Shown one piece after another: positions 43,476-57,704 of a stretch of DNA of 64,000 nucleotides. The stretch is taken from the NCBI RefSeq assembly GCF_009914755.1, contig NC_060932.1; one strand, given 5' to 3'. The notes beneath the pieces are model-generated. The model saw only the letters and a program-made list of their open reading frames with translations, was not told the DNA's origin and ran no database searches. The position numbers and the translations under genes were made by a program. Position 1 is the stretch's first letter. Every line of letters begins with the position of its first letter. The DNA is from the human T2T-CHM13v2.0 reference genome, Homo sapiens.

Positions 43476-44374
43476 AATTGTGACTTTTATATTATAAACA
43501 TTTTACCAACATTTTCAAAAAGTGAAAAAAAAAACTTCAGTAGTAAGAGAACAACCTGATTTTCAAATAGTCAAAGCAGTTAAGTAGACATTGACCAGAG
43601 AGGTATATAAGTGACCAGTAAGCACAGGAAAAGATGCTGACTTTGATTAGCCATTATGGATATGCAAATCAAAACCACAATGAGATACTAGTACACAGAC
43701 ACTGTGATGTCTGTAATTTTAAAAATTAATGCTACCAAGTGTCGGTGAGTACGTGGAGAAACTGAAATTTTCATATATTGCTGATGGGAATATAGAATTA
43801 TACAGCCACTTTAGAAAACAGTTTGACAATTTTTAAAACTAACAATTTTTAAAAATTTGACAATTTTTAAAAATAACATATACTTAACTATATAACACAG
43901 CAATTTTACTATGAAAAAGTTGTCCACACAGACTTGCATAACTAGCATCATTAATCATAACCAAAAACTAGAAACAACCCAAATGTTCATCAACAGGTGA
44001 ATAAATGACATCTGATATATCCATACAATGGAATAATAGCAATAAAAACAAATGCACTATTGATGCATGAAACAACATGGATGGACCTTAAAACCACTAG
44101 AATAGATTTTTTAAAAAACCAAACACAAAAGACTGTGTATTGCATTTGTATGAAATTTCTAGAAAAGGCAAATTCATGGAGATCAGTGGTTGCCTGGGGC
44201 TGGGAGTGAGAGTACGTATTGGCTAAAGCAGGTCATGAGGGGACTTTTAGGGGTAGTGAAAATGTGTGGTTGCACAACTGCAAATATTTACATGCACCAA
44301 ACTGTACACTTGCAATGGATGAACTTTATGGTATGTAAATTACATAAGAAAACTGTTAAAAAAGTAAATAGATT

Positions 44375-44672
<298 letters not shown>

Positions 44673-45209
44673 AATAGATTAAAGAGATGTAACAACCAAA
44701 TACAAATGATCTTTGATTAAATCCTGGATCCAAAACCAAAACTTATTCAAGGAAATTCAGGGACATTTTTGGAAATATGAATGTGGGCTCTAAATTAGAT
44801 GGAATGGTAATTTTTGTAGTAGTAGGTTATGTAAGAGAAAGTCTGGCTTAAAAGATGTCTGCTGAAGTCCTTAGGGATGCAGTCTCAGGGTTCTACAACT
44901 TGTTTTCAAATGACAAAAAAAAAAAGAGAAGCGATAAAACAAATGCAGCAAAATTTGATGTGAATATAAATGAAGGGAAAATAGATGTTTATTGTATTAA
45001 TATTCAAGCTTTCTTTAGATTTAATTTTTTTCCAAATAATATTTGAGAAAAGAACAAGAAACACATGCTTATTCACAATAATGAAACTAGAATACCAAAG
45101 AAAAGTAGGAGATATTAAGAGCAGACAGAGGAAAAAAAAAGACAGATTATCTACAAAGGAATGACATTTAGAATAACAGCAGATAAGAGCAACAATTTTT
45201 TTAATGATT

Positions 45210-45368
45210 TAATTAATGTTTTTAAGATACAGGGCCTTACTCTGTTGCCCAGGCTGGAGTGCAGTGGTGTGATCCCTGCAGTCTTCACCTCCTGGGCTCA
45301 AGGCATCCTCCCACCTCAGCCTCCTGAGTAGCTGGGGCCACAGGTGCATGCCACCACACCTGGCTAAT

Positions 45369-45415
<47 letters not shown>

Positions 45416-45435
45416 TGTGTGAGCCGCACCTGGCC
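45210..45435 (-). mobile_element. AluJ with linker and left arm largely replaced by (TACA)n(CA)n
   Basis: Right arm, microsatellite at about 45368-45420, then only gtgagccgcacctggcc. Confidence 0.85.
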
Positions 45436-46299
45436 TTGATATTTTTTAAGATTTGAGAGAAAATAACTTAAAATCTACATTTGAGTACCCAGCAAAACGG
45501 TCTTTCCCAAGAGAGTGGACTGCACAGGACATTTAATAAGAAACATCTGAATCTAAAGGACTATGCTTCCGCAAGAAGGAAGGTTTACCCATAAGGAGTT
45601 TGAGATGGAATGCTGGGAAAGAAAAGCAGAAAACATATGTGTAAAAATAATAGTAAAAATGGTCATGTGATATCACATTTGTATGGTTGATAAAAGGACA
45701 GATTAAGACCCTGGACCACAAATAAATTGGGAAGGGATGATCAGAGGGAAAACATTCTAAGATGGTTGCATTCATTTGGGAGGGTAAAATATAGTTTAAC
45801 TTTAGACTTTGTTAAGATAGATGGGCATTGTGATATTCCAAGAGAAACCACTAAAATACTAAAGGAAAATATAAATTCCAAACTAGTAGAAAGAATAAAA
45901 GTAGGGGGAAAAAAGAGAAAGAACCAAAATACCTAATTAAACCAAAAAATATATCAAGTTCAATAAAACAGAACAAGGAAGTATAGAAACCCCAGGAATT
46001 ATAGACATTTAAAAAGCAAGATGGAGAAACAAATCCAAATGTACTGCCAACCAAAGTAACTGGAAATGTATTACATTCATCAGTTACAAAAACAGAGATT
46101 GTCAGATTGAATTAAAAATAATTCAGCTGTATGTTGTTCACAAGAGATGCACCTAAAATAAAAGAACATGGAAAATGTCAAAGGAAATGAATGGAAAAAC
46201 ATATGCGAGGTAGATGCTAACCAAAGGAAAGCTGGCATAGCCATATTAATTTCAGAAAAAAATAGTATCAGGACAAAAATCATTTTAAAGTATATATGA

Positions 46300-46653
<354 letters not shown>

Positions 46654-47118
46654 TTAGAGTCTCAAAATATATAAAGCAAAAAACCTATAGAGCTATAAGA
46701 AATTTATGAGTTCATCTTGAGAGTGGCAGATTTCAACATATTTCTCAATTATTGATAGATCAAGCAGACTATATATATGTAAAAAATAGGAACAACTGAA
46801 ATAACGATGCTCTAACTGACATATATAGGACACTATGCCAATTAGGGAACACAGATTCCTCTGAAGAATACGAAACATTTGCACAAATGGATCATGTAAT
46901 GGAAGTCTCAATGAATGTCAAAGAATTTCTGCTTATTTTTCCTCATTGCAATTAGTTAGAAATCAATAAGAAAAATATAAATAATAAAGAGAAAAATACT
47001 TTTAGATCTAAACAAATTAGTAAAAATAGTAGTACATGGCAGATCTTGTGGGATGCGGTCGAAGCTTTACTTAGAGAGATATTTAGGCCTTAAATATTTG
47101 TATTAGCAAAGCAGAATC

Positions 47119-47250
47119 AGCCAGACATGGTGGCTTGTGCCTGTAATCTCAGCACTTTGGGAGGTCGAGGCGGAAGGATTGCTTCAGCCCAGGGGTTAGA
47201 GACCAGCCTGGGCAACATAGCATGATCCCCATATCAAAAAAAAGAAAAAC
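47119..47250 (+). mobile_element. FLAM_C / Alu left monomer
   Basis: Single monomer with A tail. Confidence 0.85.
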
Positions 47251-47449
47251 CTTAGCCAAAAATAACAACAACAAAAATCAGTGCTGCATGTGGAAACTTG
47301 AAAAGAAAACCAGAAAAGCTGGAAGTTAAGTGTCTAACTTAAGAGGTGGGAAAAAGAACAAAATACATCCAAATAAAATAGAAGGATGATAAAAGTAAAA
47401 ACAAATACAAAGCAAACCTACAGTAGAGAAGATCAAGAAGCTAAAGTGA

Positions 47450-47599
47450 CTGCTGTGTTCTGAATGTTTATCCACCCCTCCCCAGCCTGCACTCGATGTT
47501 GAAATCCCAGCCCCCATGGTAATGGTATTAGGAGCAATGAATTTCTGTTGTTTATGAGCTTATGGTATTTTGTTACAGCAGCCTGAACAGACTAAGACA
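47450..47599 (+). mobile_element. Internally deleted MLT1A-like LTR
   Basis: 5' tgctgtgttctgaatgttt joined to 3' ttttgttacagcagcctgaacagactaagaca. Confidence 0.7.
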
Positions 47600-47893
47600 G
47601 GGACAAACTTCTTGTCACTTGTCTAGAGGTGTCATTTGTCAAGAAGAAAAAGCAAACAGAAAAGATGTCAGAAATGAAAAGGGGACATAAAAATGGAACA
47701 AAAAATTAAAAACATAATCAGAAAATATTGTGAACATATGGAAACTAATTGAAGCCAGGATAAATGGCCAAATTAATAGGAAACCAAAAATAATGACCCA
47801 AGAAAAATTAGAAACTGTGAAGAGCCCTAAAGCCAATCTAGGAACTGAATCAACAGCTAAAATTTTCCCACATTTGATTTCTTCAATAAATAA

Positions 47894-48211
<318 letters not shown>

Positions 48212-48224
48212 TAAATTATAAGGG

Positions 48225-48650
48225 AGAGACAGAATGAGAGAACATAGAAATTTTAACTAACACAGCAACCAAACCCCAAATGGAATGTATAGACCTTATT
48301 TGAATCTTGATTCAAACAATAAAATTGTAAAATATGTATGAATAATTGAGGAAATTTGAACACTGACTAGATATTTAACAATATAAGGAATTATTGTTAC
48401 TTTTGGTATGATAATTATATTTTGGTTATATTCTAGATGTCCTTATATTTAAGAAATACATCCTGAAATATTTGTAAATGAAATGATATGACATCAACAT
48501 ACTTCAGTGGGGAGGGAATTGGGATTATTGGTGACAAAAGATTGGTCATGATTGGATCATTACTGAAGATGGGTGACAGGTATATATGGGGTTCAATATT
48601 TCATTTGCTCTACTTTTTTACATGATTGAAATATTTTATAATAATACTTA
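48225..48650 (+). mobile_element. L1MC-like 3' UTR fragment
   Basis: gaatcttgattcaaacaa...ggaaatttgaacactgactagatattt...tactgaagatgggtga. Confidence 0.7.
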
Positions 48651-48760
48651 CATATAGAAACATTCCTACATCCATACCTGTAACTTTCATATATATACAT
48701 ATACATGCACGCACACACACACACCTGGTGTCAGAGAGGAAGTGGGGTAATGGGGAATTC

Positions 48761-49066
48761 TTTTTTTTTTCTTTTTTTTTTTTGAGACAGCATCTTGCTC
48801 TGCCACTCAGGCTGGAGTGATGTCGTGCTATCACAGCTCACTGCACTCTCAACCTCCAAGGCTCAAACAATCCTCTCTCTTCAGCCTCCTGAGTAGCTGG
48901 GGCTACAGGCGCGTGCCACCACGCCTGGCTAATTTTTGTATTTTTTTGTAGAAATAGGGTTTTGCCATGTTGGCCAGGCTGGTCTCAAACTCCTGGGCTC
49001 AAGTGACCCACCCCCTTCAGCCTCCTCAAGCGCTGGGATTATATGCGTGAGCCACTGTGCCCAGCT
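48761..49066 (-). mobile_element. AluJb
   Basis: Full antisense dimer. Confidence 0.9.
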
Positions 49067-49398
49067 GAGTGGGGGAGCTCTTTATACATTACTGATAGGT
49101 GTGTAAAAGTAAGTCCAAACATTTTTGAAAACTATCTCCAATTGTTTGAGAATTTGCACATCTGCAGGTCCTACTAATCAGCAATTCTATTCTTTGCACA
49201 TATGCACACTGACAAAAAAGTGGATACATTGATGGAATGGTATACCCGTAAGTGAACATAAATGTACTACAGCTACATTCAATGTGGAAGTATCTTAAAA
49301 ATGTTAAGAGAAAAAAAAGAATCAGAAGACTACATAAAATAGTGTGATATCATTTTTATAAAACTCAAGAATAAGCAAAAGTAAGCCATATGCTTCCA

Positions 49399-49400
<2 letters not shown>

Positions 49401-49453
<53 letters not shown>
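49401..49453 (+). repeat. (TG)n(TA)n compound microsatellite
   Basis: Direct read; adjoins an antisense L1 fragment. Confidence 0.95.
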
Positions 49454-49620
49454 CACAGTTTCTTTATCCACTCATTGATTGATGGGCATTTGGGTTGGTT
49501 CCATATTTTTGCAATTGCAAATTGTGCTGCTATAAACATGCGTGTACAAGTATCTTTTTGTATAATGACTTATTTTTCTCTGGTTAGATACCCAGTAATA
49601 AGATTGCTGGATCAAATGAT
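49454..49620 (-). mobile_element. Short antisense L1PB/L1MA fragment
   Basis: ttctttatccactcattgattgatgggcatttgggttggttcca...gattgctggatcaaatg. Confidence 0.8.
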
Positions 49621-50499
49621 TTTATACATGCAAAGCAGTGATACAGTGATACAGAGATACACTCCCAAATTTAGGATAACAATGACCTCTGTGGAGGAGA
49701 CCTGGGGCTCCTGGATGGGGAAAGAGCATCAGGCTTATGCCTTATTGGCAATGCCCTAGTTCTTTGGGTGATGGGGCCACAGATTTTCATTATATTAGTA
49801 ATCTGTATACAGTAAACACATGTGATATATATGTATATCTATATATAAACAAATATTTTTAAGATAATTTTTTTCAAATAAAAAAAAAATCCCACGACGT
49901 TTTGATTGGTCGCTCCCGTGGGACTGCCCTCTCTTGGTGAAGCTGTGCTGCATTTCTTAGAAATCACAGGGTTAAGTGCACAGGATCCTGACTCCTGCAA
50001 TTATTCTGTGGGTTTGAAACAGAGCGTGTTTTACCAGGCCAAGAGCCCACCCTCTGGCACCCCTCCTGGTTCCTTCTCACTATTCATCTCAATCAGTCTG
50101 CATTCAGTGGCTTTATAATGTTCCAGAATTTTCCATGAAGATAATTTCCAGATGAATGAGCCATGGGGTTTGGACAGCAAACTCATTGGCTCACTCATTG
50201 CCTCTGCAGGACTACCAGGGAATGGTCTGGCTATTCTCACCACCTACATGACCTGCCCAGGCCTTGGAGCTCACTAGCCTCATCTCCCAATGTCTTGGTA
50301 AAGAGGGGAAGCCACAAAGCCATCTCTGCCTCCTGTAGCTGAACTTCAGCCATCACCACTTTCTAGCCTTGGGCAACTACACAGCAGGGCCTCCTGGGCT
50401 CTCCACACAACCACTGCACACGGAGAAGGGGTGGCACTTAATGGAGGCCTGACTCAGATGTGTGACCTAGGCCGACCTTACTCCAGAGCAGAATCCTAG

Positions 50500-50692
50500 T
50501 CCCATGCCTAAATCTGGTCCTCCACTACTTTTGTAAATAAAGTTTAATTGGCACACAGCTGCACTCATGCATGCATTGCCCATGGCTGCATTCTTGCTGT
50601 AATGGCATAGTTGAGGAATTCTGAGAGGCCCTGAGGCCCACAGAGCTATTTACTATCTGGCCCTTTTACCAAGCCACTTTGCTAACCTCTCC
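50500..50692 (+). mobile_element. MER58A
   Basis: ttttgtaaataaagtttaattggcacacagc...tatttactatctggcccttta...tttgctaacc. Confidence 0.75.
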
Positions 50693-51021
50693 ACCATTCT
50701 GCAATGCCCAGGACTCTGTTTACCCCTTGACAGGGAGCCCCCTGTATCAGACCTATTAGCTGACAAAAGCGAGAAGTAGCATGTGGGGTGAGGGTAGTTG
50801 TGAGTGACTGTCCTCACCTCAGCCTTCAGAAGACCTGGGTTTGGGTCCCTAATCTGCCACTGACTGGCGAATCACTGAATTTCTCTCTGCTTCATCTACC
50901 CATCTGATAGATGGAAAAGACAATCCCTGTGACAATACCAGTCACTCTGCCTTTCCCTGTGAGGATCAGATGAAATACTATCTGTCTGAGCTTCTCAAGC
51001 TGAGAAGCACAGAGTCAAGAG

Positions 51022-51168
51022 CAGCAGCTCTCCAACCTCAGCAGGCATCAGAATCACCTGGAGGGCTTGTTAAACTGTAGCTTGGGGGCTCTGCCCCCTG
51101 AATTTTGGATTCAGTAAGTCTAGGGTAGGGCCAGAGAAAGTTGTGCTTCTTTGAGAATCTCTGCCCTA
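51022..51168. mobile_element. MER5A
   Basis: gcatcagaatcacctggagggcttgttaaa...gattcagtaagtctagggtagggcc...tttgagaa. Confidence 0.75.
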
Positions 51169-51226
51169 GTGAGTGGTTCTTCACCATGGCTGCACATTAG
51201 AGTTACAAGAGAGCTTTAAAAATCCA

Positions 51227-53272
51227 CAAAGAAATAAAATACCTAGGAATACAGCTAACCAGAGAAGTGAAAGATCTCTACAAGGAGAACTAACAAAACA
51301 CTGCTCAGAGAAATCAGAGATAACACAAACAAATGGAAAAATACTCCATGCTCATAAATAGGGAGAATCAATATCGTGAAAATGGGCATACCACCCAAAG
51401 CAATTTATAGATTCAATGCTATTCCCATTAACCTACCAATGACATTCTTCACAGAACTAGAAAAAACTACTTTAAAATTTATATGGAACCAAAAAAGAGC
51501 CTGAATAGCCAAGGCAATCCTAAGTAAAATGAACAAGCCTGGAGGCATTGTGTTACCCGACTTCAAACTATACTGTAGGGCTACAGTAATCAAAACAGCA
51601 TGATACCAGTACAGAAACAAACATATAGACCAATGGAACAAAATAGAGAACCCAGGAATAAGGCTGCACATCTACAACTATAAAATCTTTGACAAATCTG
51701 ACAAAAACAAACAATGTGGACTAGACTCCCTATTTAATAAATGGTGCTGGGATAACTGGCTAGCCATCTGCAGAAGATTGAAACTGGACCCCTTCTTTAC
51801 ACCACATACAAAAATCAACTCAAGATGGATTAAAGACTTAAATGTAAAACCCAAAACTATAAAACTCCTGGAAGACAAGCTAGGCAATACCATTCAGGAC
51901 AAGCAATGATTTCATGACAAAGATGCCAAAAGCAATTGACACAAAAGCAAAAATTGACAAATGAGATCTAATTAAACTAAAGAGCTTCTGCACAGTAAAA
52001 GAAACTATCAACAGAGTAAACAGACAACTTGCAGAATGGGAGAAAATATTTGCAAACTATGCATCTGACAAAGGTCTAATATCCACCATCTATAAGGAAC
52101 TTAAATTTACAAGAAAAGAAAACCAAACAACCTATTAAAAAGTGGGCAAAGGGGTCAGGCACGGTGGCTCATGCCTGTAATCCCAGCACTTTGGGAGGCC
52201 AAGGCAGGCAGATCACTTGAGCTCAGGAGTTCAAGATCAGCCTGGTCAACATGGTGAAACCCCGTCTCTACTAAAAAATACAAAAAAAAAAAAAAAAATT
52301 AGCCAGGCATGGTGGTGGGTATCTTTAGTCCCAGCTGCTCAGGGGGCTGAGGCATGAGAATTGCTTGAACCCTGGAGGCAGAGGTTGCAGTGAGCCAAGA
52401 TCATGCCACTGCACTTCAGCCTAACCAAAAAAAAAAAAAAAAAAAGTGGGCAAAGGACATACATATATATTCTGATATTTTCCAAAAGAAGACATATGTG
52501 CAGCCAACAATCATATGAAAAAAAGCTCAGCATCACTGATCATTAGAGAAACGCAAATCAAAACCACAATGAGATACCATCTCATACCAGTCAGAATGGT
52601 TACTATTAAAAAGTCAAAAAATAACAGATGCCAATAGTGGAGAAAAAGGAATGCTTATGCACTGTTGGTGGAAGGTAAATTATTTCAACTATTGTGGAAG
52701 ACATTGTGACGATTCCTCAAAGACCTAAAAACAGAAATAACATTTGACCCAGCAATCCCACTACTGGGTATATACCCAAAGGAATGTAAATCATTTTATC
52801 ATAAAGACACATGCATTGTGTATGTTCATTGCAGCAAATTATCCACAATAGCAAAGACATGGAATCAACCTAAATGCCTATCAGTGGTAGACTGGATAAA
52901 GAATATTTGTTATGTATACATCATGGAATACTATGCAGCCATAAAAAAGAACAAGATCATGTCCTTTGCAGGAACATGAATGGAGGTGGAAGCCATTATC
53001 CTTAGCAAACTAACGCAGGAATAGAAAACCAAATACATGTTCTCACTTATAAGTGGGAGCTAAATAATGAGAACACATGGATACATAGAGGGAAACAACT
53101 CACACTGTGGCCTATTGGGGGTGGGAGGAGGAAGAAGATCAAGGAAAATAACTAATGGGTACTAGGCTTAATACCTGGGTGACAAAATAATCTGCACAAC
53201 AAACCCATATGAAGCAAGTTTACCCATGTAACAAACCTGCACTTGGACCCTTTAAGTTAAAACAAAAGCTTA
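51227..53272 (+). mobile_element. 5'-truncated L1PA13-15-like element (ORF2 3' part and 3' UTR, disrupted)
   Basis: Continuous L1 ORF2 homology; 3' end aataactaatgggtactaggcttaatacctggg; TSD aaaaatcca at a TT/AAAA site. Confidence 0.92.
52153..52444 (+). mobile_element. AluS nested in L1PA
   Basis: TSD aaaagtgggcaaagg; the last ~25 nt of the right arm are missing. Confidence 0.9.
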
Positions 53273-53749
53273 AAAAATCCAGATGCCCAGGTCACAGCTC
53301 AGGACAATTAAATCAGAACCTCTGGGAGAGGGGCCCAGGCATTAGCATTTTCTGAAGCTCTTCCAGTGATTTCAGTGCACAGCCAAGGTTAAAAACAACT
53401 GACAGTGTATTAGCTAGTGACACTGGGAGGAATATCTGGGTCTTTTTCTTGTTTATTTATTGATGCTATAAGATTTATACTTTTAAAAAATCAGATTGAA
53501 TACAGATACATTATGGAATAAAATGCAAAATATGCATGAATTTTCAGGCATTTTCTGTTTGCAATGAACTGCTTAGGTTACATCCTGCTACCAAAAAATA
53601 TCTTGCATTTTGAAAGAAGCTGAGGTTGCGCTGCCTTATCCTGAGCAATCTTTGTCTAAATTCCTACACAAATGTGTATCCAATGCAGCCACTGATAGCA
53701 TCCTAGGGCTACCTTCTCTTGCATCCAGCTAAATCAACTTCCTCCGAAG

Positions 53750-54425
53750 TGCACTTGCATCTATTTCTCTCCTCCACCATCCAAGCCACCATCACTTCTC
53801 ACCTGTATCCTGCAATGGCCTATTAATGAGACTTCTGGCCGCTCTTCCCTACATTGCCTACTGACAACAAGAGCAGTTTTATGAAACGTAGAGCTAGTAT
53901 GTCTCTCCCTTGCCCCAAAACTGACAGCTCTTTCCCATTTACACAGAATAAAATCTAAACTCCTCACCTGGTTTATAGCTTCCACCCACAGCCCACCTCC
54001 ACACCCGTGTCTTGATTCACTCTCACTGAAATGCCCTTGACACAGGGCTTCGCCCAGCTCCTCAAACAACCCAAGTGCAGCCCCACCCAAGACCTTTCCT
54101 CACCCCAGCACTTTTCCCCACATCTCTGCATCCTTCAGGACTCAGCTGAAAAATGCTGGCCCGCGAGCACTTCCCACCACCTTAGCAAAGGCAGTCAGGC
54201 TCTCCCCACCTACATTACACTCCATCGCAGCTCCTCTTTCACCCTGTCCCTTTCCTTTATAACAATGATCACAGTTTGTAATCATTTTTTTTTCCTTTTC
54301 TTTTTCTTTCTTTCCTTTTTGGACTGTCTGCCACTCCAGAATCAAAATTCCTTCAGAAAAGGAACCGAGAAACTTTGTTCTCCATCCTGCCCCTAAAACA
54401 AAACACTGCTCAGTCAATATTTATT
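53750..54425. mobile_element. L2 remnant
   Basis: ccaagccaccatcacttctcacctg...cagaataaaatctaaactcct...gctcagtcaatatttattg. Confidence 0.7.
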
Positions 54426-54594
54426 GCATTAAGGTTAATTTAGTGTTTTTATCAACCACCCTTGACTTCTCCATCTTGTCACCAAGGGACATGATATGCA
54501 AGGGTGCAGCGTCCATGCCCGTGGTGGGGAGGCAGGAGTGAGTGAGGCTCAGGCTCCGAGGGGGCTGCTGCCCTCATTCCTGCCAACTGTGGTC

Positions 54595-54760
54595 AGGTAG
54601 GCCCATGGTTGCCAGATCCAGATTTTTATGTGATCTTAAAATCTTGGCAACTAAACTAAACTTAAAAAAAAAAAAAACACCATTGGGAGGCCAAACAAAA
54701 CACACAACACATCTGTGGGCTGCATTCAGCCCAAGGGCGGCCAGTTTGCAACTTCTGCTG
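54595..54760. mobile_element. hAT-Charlie MITE remnant (MER102-like)
   Basis: gttgccagatc...ttggcaact...ggccaaacaaaacac...ccagtttgcaacttctg. Confidence 0.5.
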
Positions 54761-55339
54761 AAATCCAGATGGACCGAATTTCTCTTGTGATCTACCAGCT
54801 CAGTTACCCTATCAAAGGAGGAATGAGGTTAGATGTGGTTCAGATTATCAGTGTTTCCTAAGAAAGGACAGTTCTTTGAACCATGAATTTGACTATGAAC
54901 TTCAAGGGCTGTAGACTCTGTGATGGGGCGAGCTCGGCCAGCCTGTCATTCGATCAACATTCCTTCATCCCTGGTATGTGCCGGGACCAGGCAGCCCTTT
55001 GGGTAATGGCTGATCAAAGCCTTAAGCCATGCTGCCTCCAGCCAGGCCCCCAGTGCACCCCTTCCCCACTGTGGCCCCCACTGAAGCCCAAACTTTACTC
55101 CTGACCTGATCCTTCTCACCAACAGCAAAACTCATGGCTCCCACCTCACCTATCCCCTTCCTGGCCCCTTAGAAACCTGCTTGCCCTCAAGGACACCACC
55201 TCCTCCCCCACATCCTTGTCAGAGGAGACGTTCATCCTTCCAGCTTCCCCTTCCCCAACAGTGGCAACCCTTGAGGTAAATGCAGTAGTTTGGGGTAGGG
55301 GGTGGCCAGCACAGTGACTTTGTTTTGTTTGCTTCATTT

Positions 55340-56010
55340 TACTATGATTCCTCCATCACTTATCTATCCATCCATCCCTCTCTCCATCCATCAGTAAGCT
55401 TTCCTTTCTGAGGCATTTCAAAGCAAATTGCAGACATCAGTACCCTTCGCCATGCATGTTACTAATATTCAATATTTGTTAGTGATTTCTTTTTATTTGA
55501 GATAAAATTTGCCTCCAATGAAATGCACAAACCTTAAGCAGATAGTTGCTAAGGTTTGACAAATGCATACAACTGGGAAACCCAAACTCTTGTTGATATA
55601 CAGAACATTACCATCATCTCAGGGAGTTCCTGAATGCCCCTTTCCCACTCACTGTCCCCACCCCGTCCCCCAAGAAGCAAGCACTGTTCTATTTTTCACC
55701 ATAATGAGTTTTGATGACTCCAAGACTTCATATAAATGAAATCATGCAACATACACTATCTCGTGCAAGGCTTCACGCAGTGTTATGCACTTGAAACTCA
55801 TCTGTGGTATCTTGTGTATCTGTAAGTTGCTCCTGTTTATTGACAAGTGTGCCATTGTATGTTTCTCCGTTTTCCTATCTATGGGCATGTGGACTGTTTC
55901 CCGTTGTTGGCTATTGTGAATAAAGCTATTATGAGCATTCTTGTGCAGGCATTTTGGTGTTCATTTCTCTTGGGTAAATACTTAGGTGTGGAATTGCTGG
56001 GTCACAGAGT
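55340..56010 (-). mobile_element. Antisense L1M fragments (L1MC/MD and L1MB/ME 3' ends)
   Basis: gcatttcaaagcaaattgcagacatcagtac; ggctattgtgaataaagct...ggaattgctgggtca. Confidence 0.75.
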
Positions 56011-57534
56011 CAGTAGATGCATGTGTCACCTGGCTGTGATGGGAGTTTCTGTTTGATCAAATGATATCAGCAATCACAACTCAGTTTCTTCTATGGGCCA
56101 GACCTGGTTGGATATTTCCAGCAAACGAAAGACAAAGCACTTGGCCTCAAGGAGCTTGCAGTCTAGTGAGGGGGACTGATGAGCACATGTGACTACTTAA
56201 ATGACAACACCTGGGACATGGGGCTCTTCATCTGTTAAAGAGAGAATGAATGAGGATGCCCTGCTGAGCCTCATGTTCTGAGCAGGGAGAGGTCCCAGCC
56301 TCCAGGAGGGCTTCTTGCAGGAAGCAGTACTTAAGCTGCACCTGGAAAGGAGGGCAAGAACTGGGCAGGGGGAGGAGAGTCATGCTAGGCTGGGGAGGCG
56401 AGGAAAACTTGGGGGCAGGACAGGGCCAGGCATGTCCCAAAGACAACTGGCCTGGCCTAGAAGGGCCTGGGGAGTGGAGTACCGTAAAATCAGGCTGCAG
56501 GATGTTCAGGGCACAGATCTTTGAATTTCAGAGTAAGGAGTTTCGGGTTTTGAAAGACTCTTCTTCCCTTGTAGAGCACAGTAAACTGGGTTATCAGTCA
56601 TTTTAGCCCCCAAAACAATACTCAAAACATCTGGACACAGCCGTGAAATGTTTAAGTTTCTTAGAATTTCCAGTTGCAGAAAAATGAATCTGTCATTCCA
56701 ACACTGCTCCAGTGACATCTTGGTTTTACTTTTTAGTTTTTCAGTTAAGTGGTTAAGCTTCACAAGAATTGCATAGAGCTGGGAGTCTCTTGTCCTAGGA
56801 TCAAGTGGTTACTACAATTGCTTCTCAATCACCCCCACTTTGGGACTTCATGCCCTGCTCTCTGCTCTGTGCTGCCTACAGTTCTGAAGGCTGGAAAAGC
56901 AGGATTTTGGCCACAGTAGTTAAGTGAGAACATCTCTAGTGCTCATGTTCCATCCTCAGCAGCCTGGGCCACAGAACAACATGCTCCAAACTGGCTGGCA
57001 TTGTCTTGAGGCTTCTACATGACAAGAAAGAGATTGTGCTCGAGGATTTTTGCATTCTTTCCCGGTAGGACAAATCATCTCTGGGCAAAAACAAATGGCT
57101 CCACTCCTTAAAGTCTGTGTATCTTTTCCAGACTTAGCAAAGAAACTACCAGCAACTAAGCCTAGCTGGGTCTCTGACTCAGAATCCTATAAAGACACTT
57201 AGATGGCCTTGGGCAGGAGAAAAATCTGTTGACGAGCTCTTGCGATCTTACAACACACTTGGGTTGGCAAGGCTCCAAAGTGGCCTTCTGATGTGATTGG
57301 CCAGGTTGTAGAAAGTGGGCCGCCTTGGGAGGTGCACCCTCAAAGAAGAAATGGAGGACCGCCATGTGAATAACCGACTTTCCTGCAGGCCTTCACACAC
57401 CATTTATTCTATTTAGAAGACAAAGCTCACCAAAATAACTCAGATAGGTTCCCTGGGTCCAAATCTCAGATTTCATCACGCTGGAGAGTACAGGGAATAA
57501 TTGCCTAAATTTCCTGGGGTGGCCAGACAGCCCA

Positions 57535-57549
57535 CGGCTAGAGGGCAGC
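57535..57549 (+). promoter_or_regulatory. Candidate CTCF site
   Basis: CGGCTAGAGGGCAGC, one mismatch to the core CCRCYAGRKGGCRSY. Confidence 0.4.
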
Positions 57550-57597
57550 TTGTACGGAATAGTAGCGCCTTTGCGATTTCCTCTCCCCTGCTCCTAT

Positions 57598-57704
57598 CGA
57601 GTAGACTGTCCCAGTTTGCTTGGTGTTTGTGGTTTCGGCACTAAAAGTCCCATATCCCAGGAAACCCTTCAGTCTTGGGCAAACTGGAATGGTTTGGTCA
57701 TCCT
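57598..57704. mobile_element. MER81 (hAT-Blackjack MITE)
   Basis: gtcccagtttgc...gcactaaaagtcccatatcccaggaaaccc...gggcaaactgg...tggtcatcct. Confidence 0.7.

Larger units (their letters stand above)
51170..53401. mobile_element. MER5B-like element split by the L1PA insertion
   Basis: gtggttct...ggctgcacattag...ctttaaaaatcc resumes as agatgcccagg...aattaaatcagaacctctggg. Confidence 0.7.

Noticed and set aside
51227-53272. L1 ORF2 as a functional reverse transcriptase gene
   Set aside because: 5'-truncated, has frameshifts and stops, and is interrupted by an Alu.
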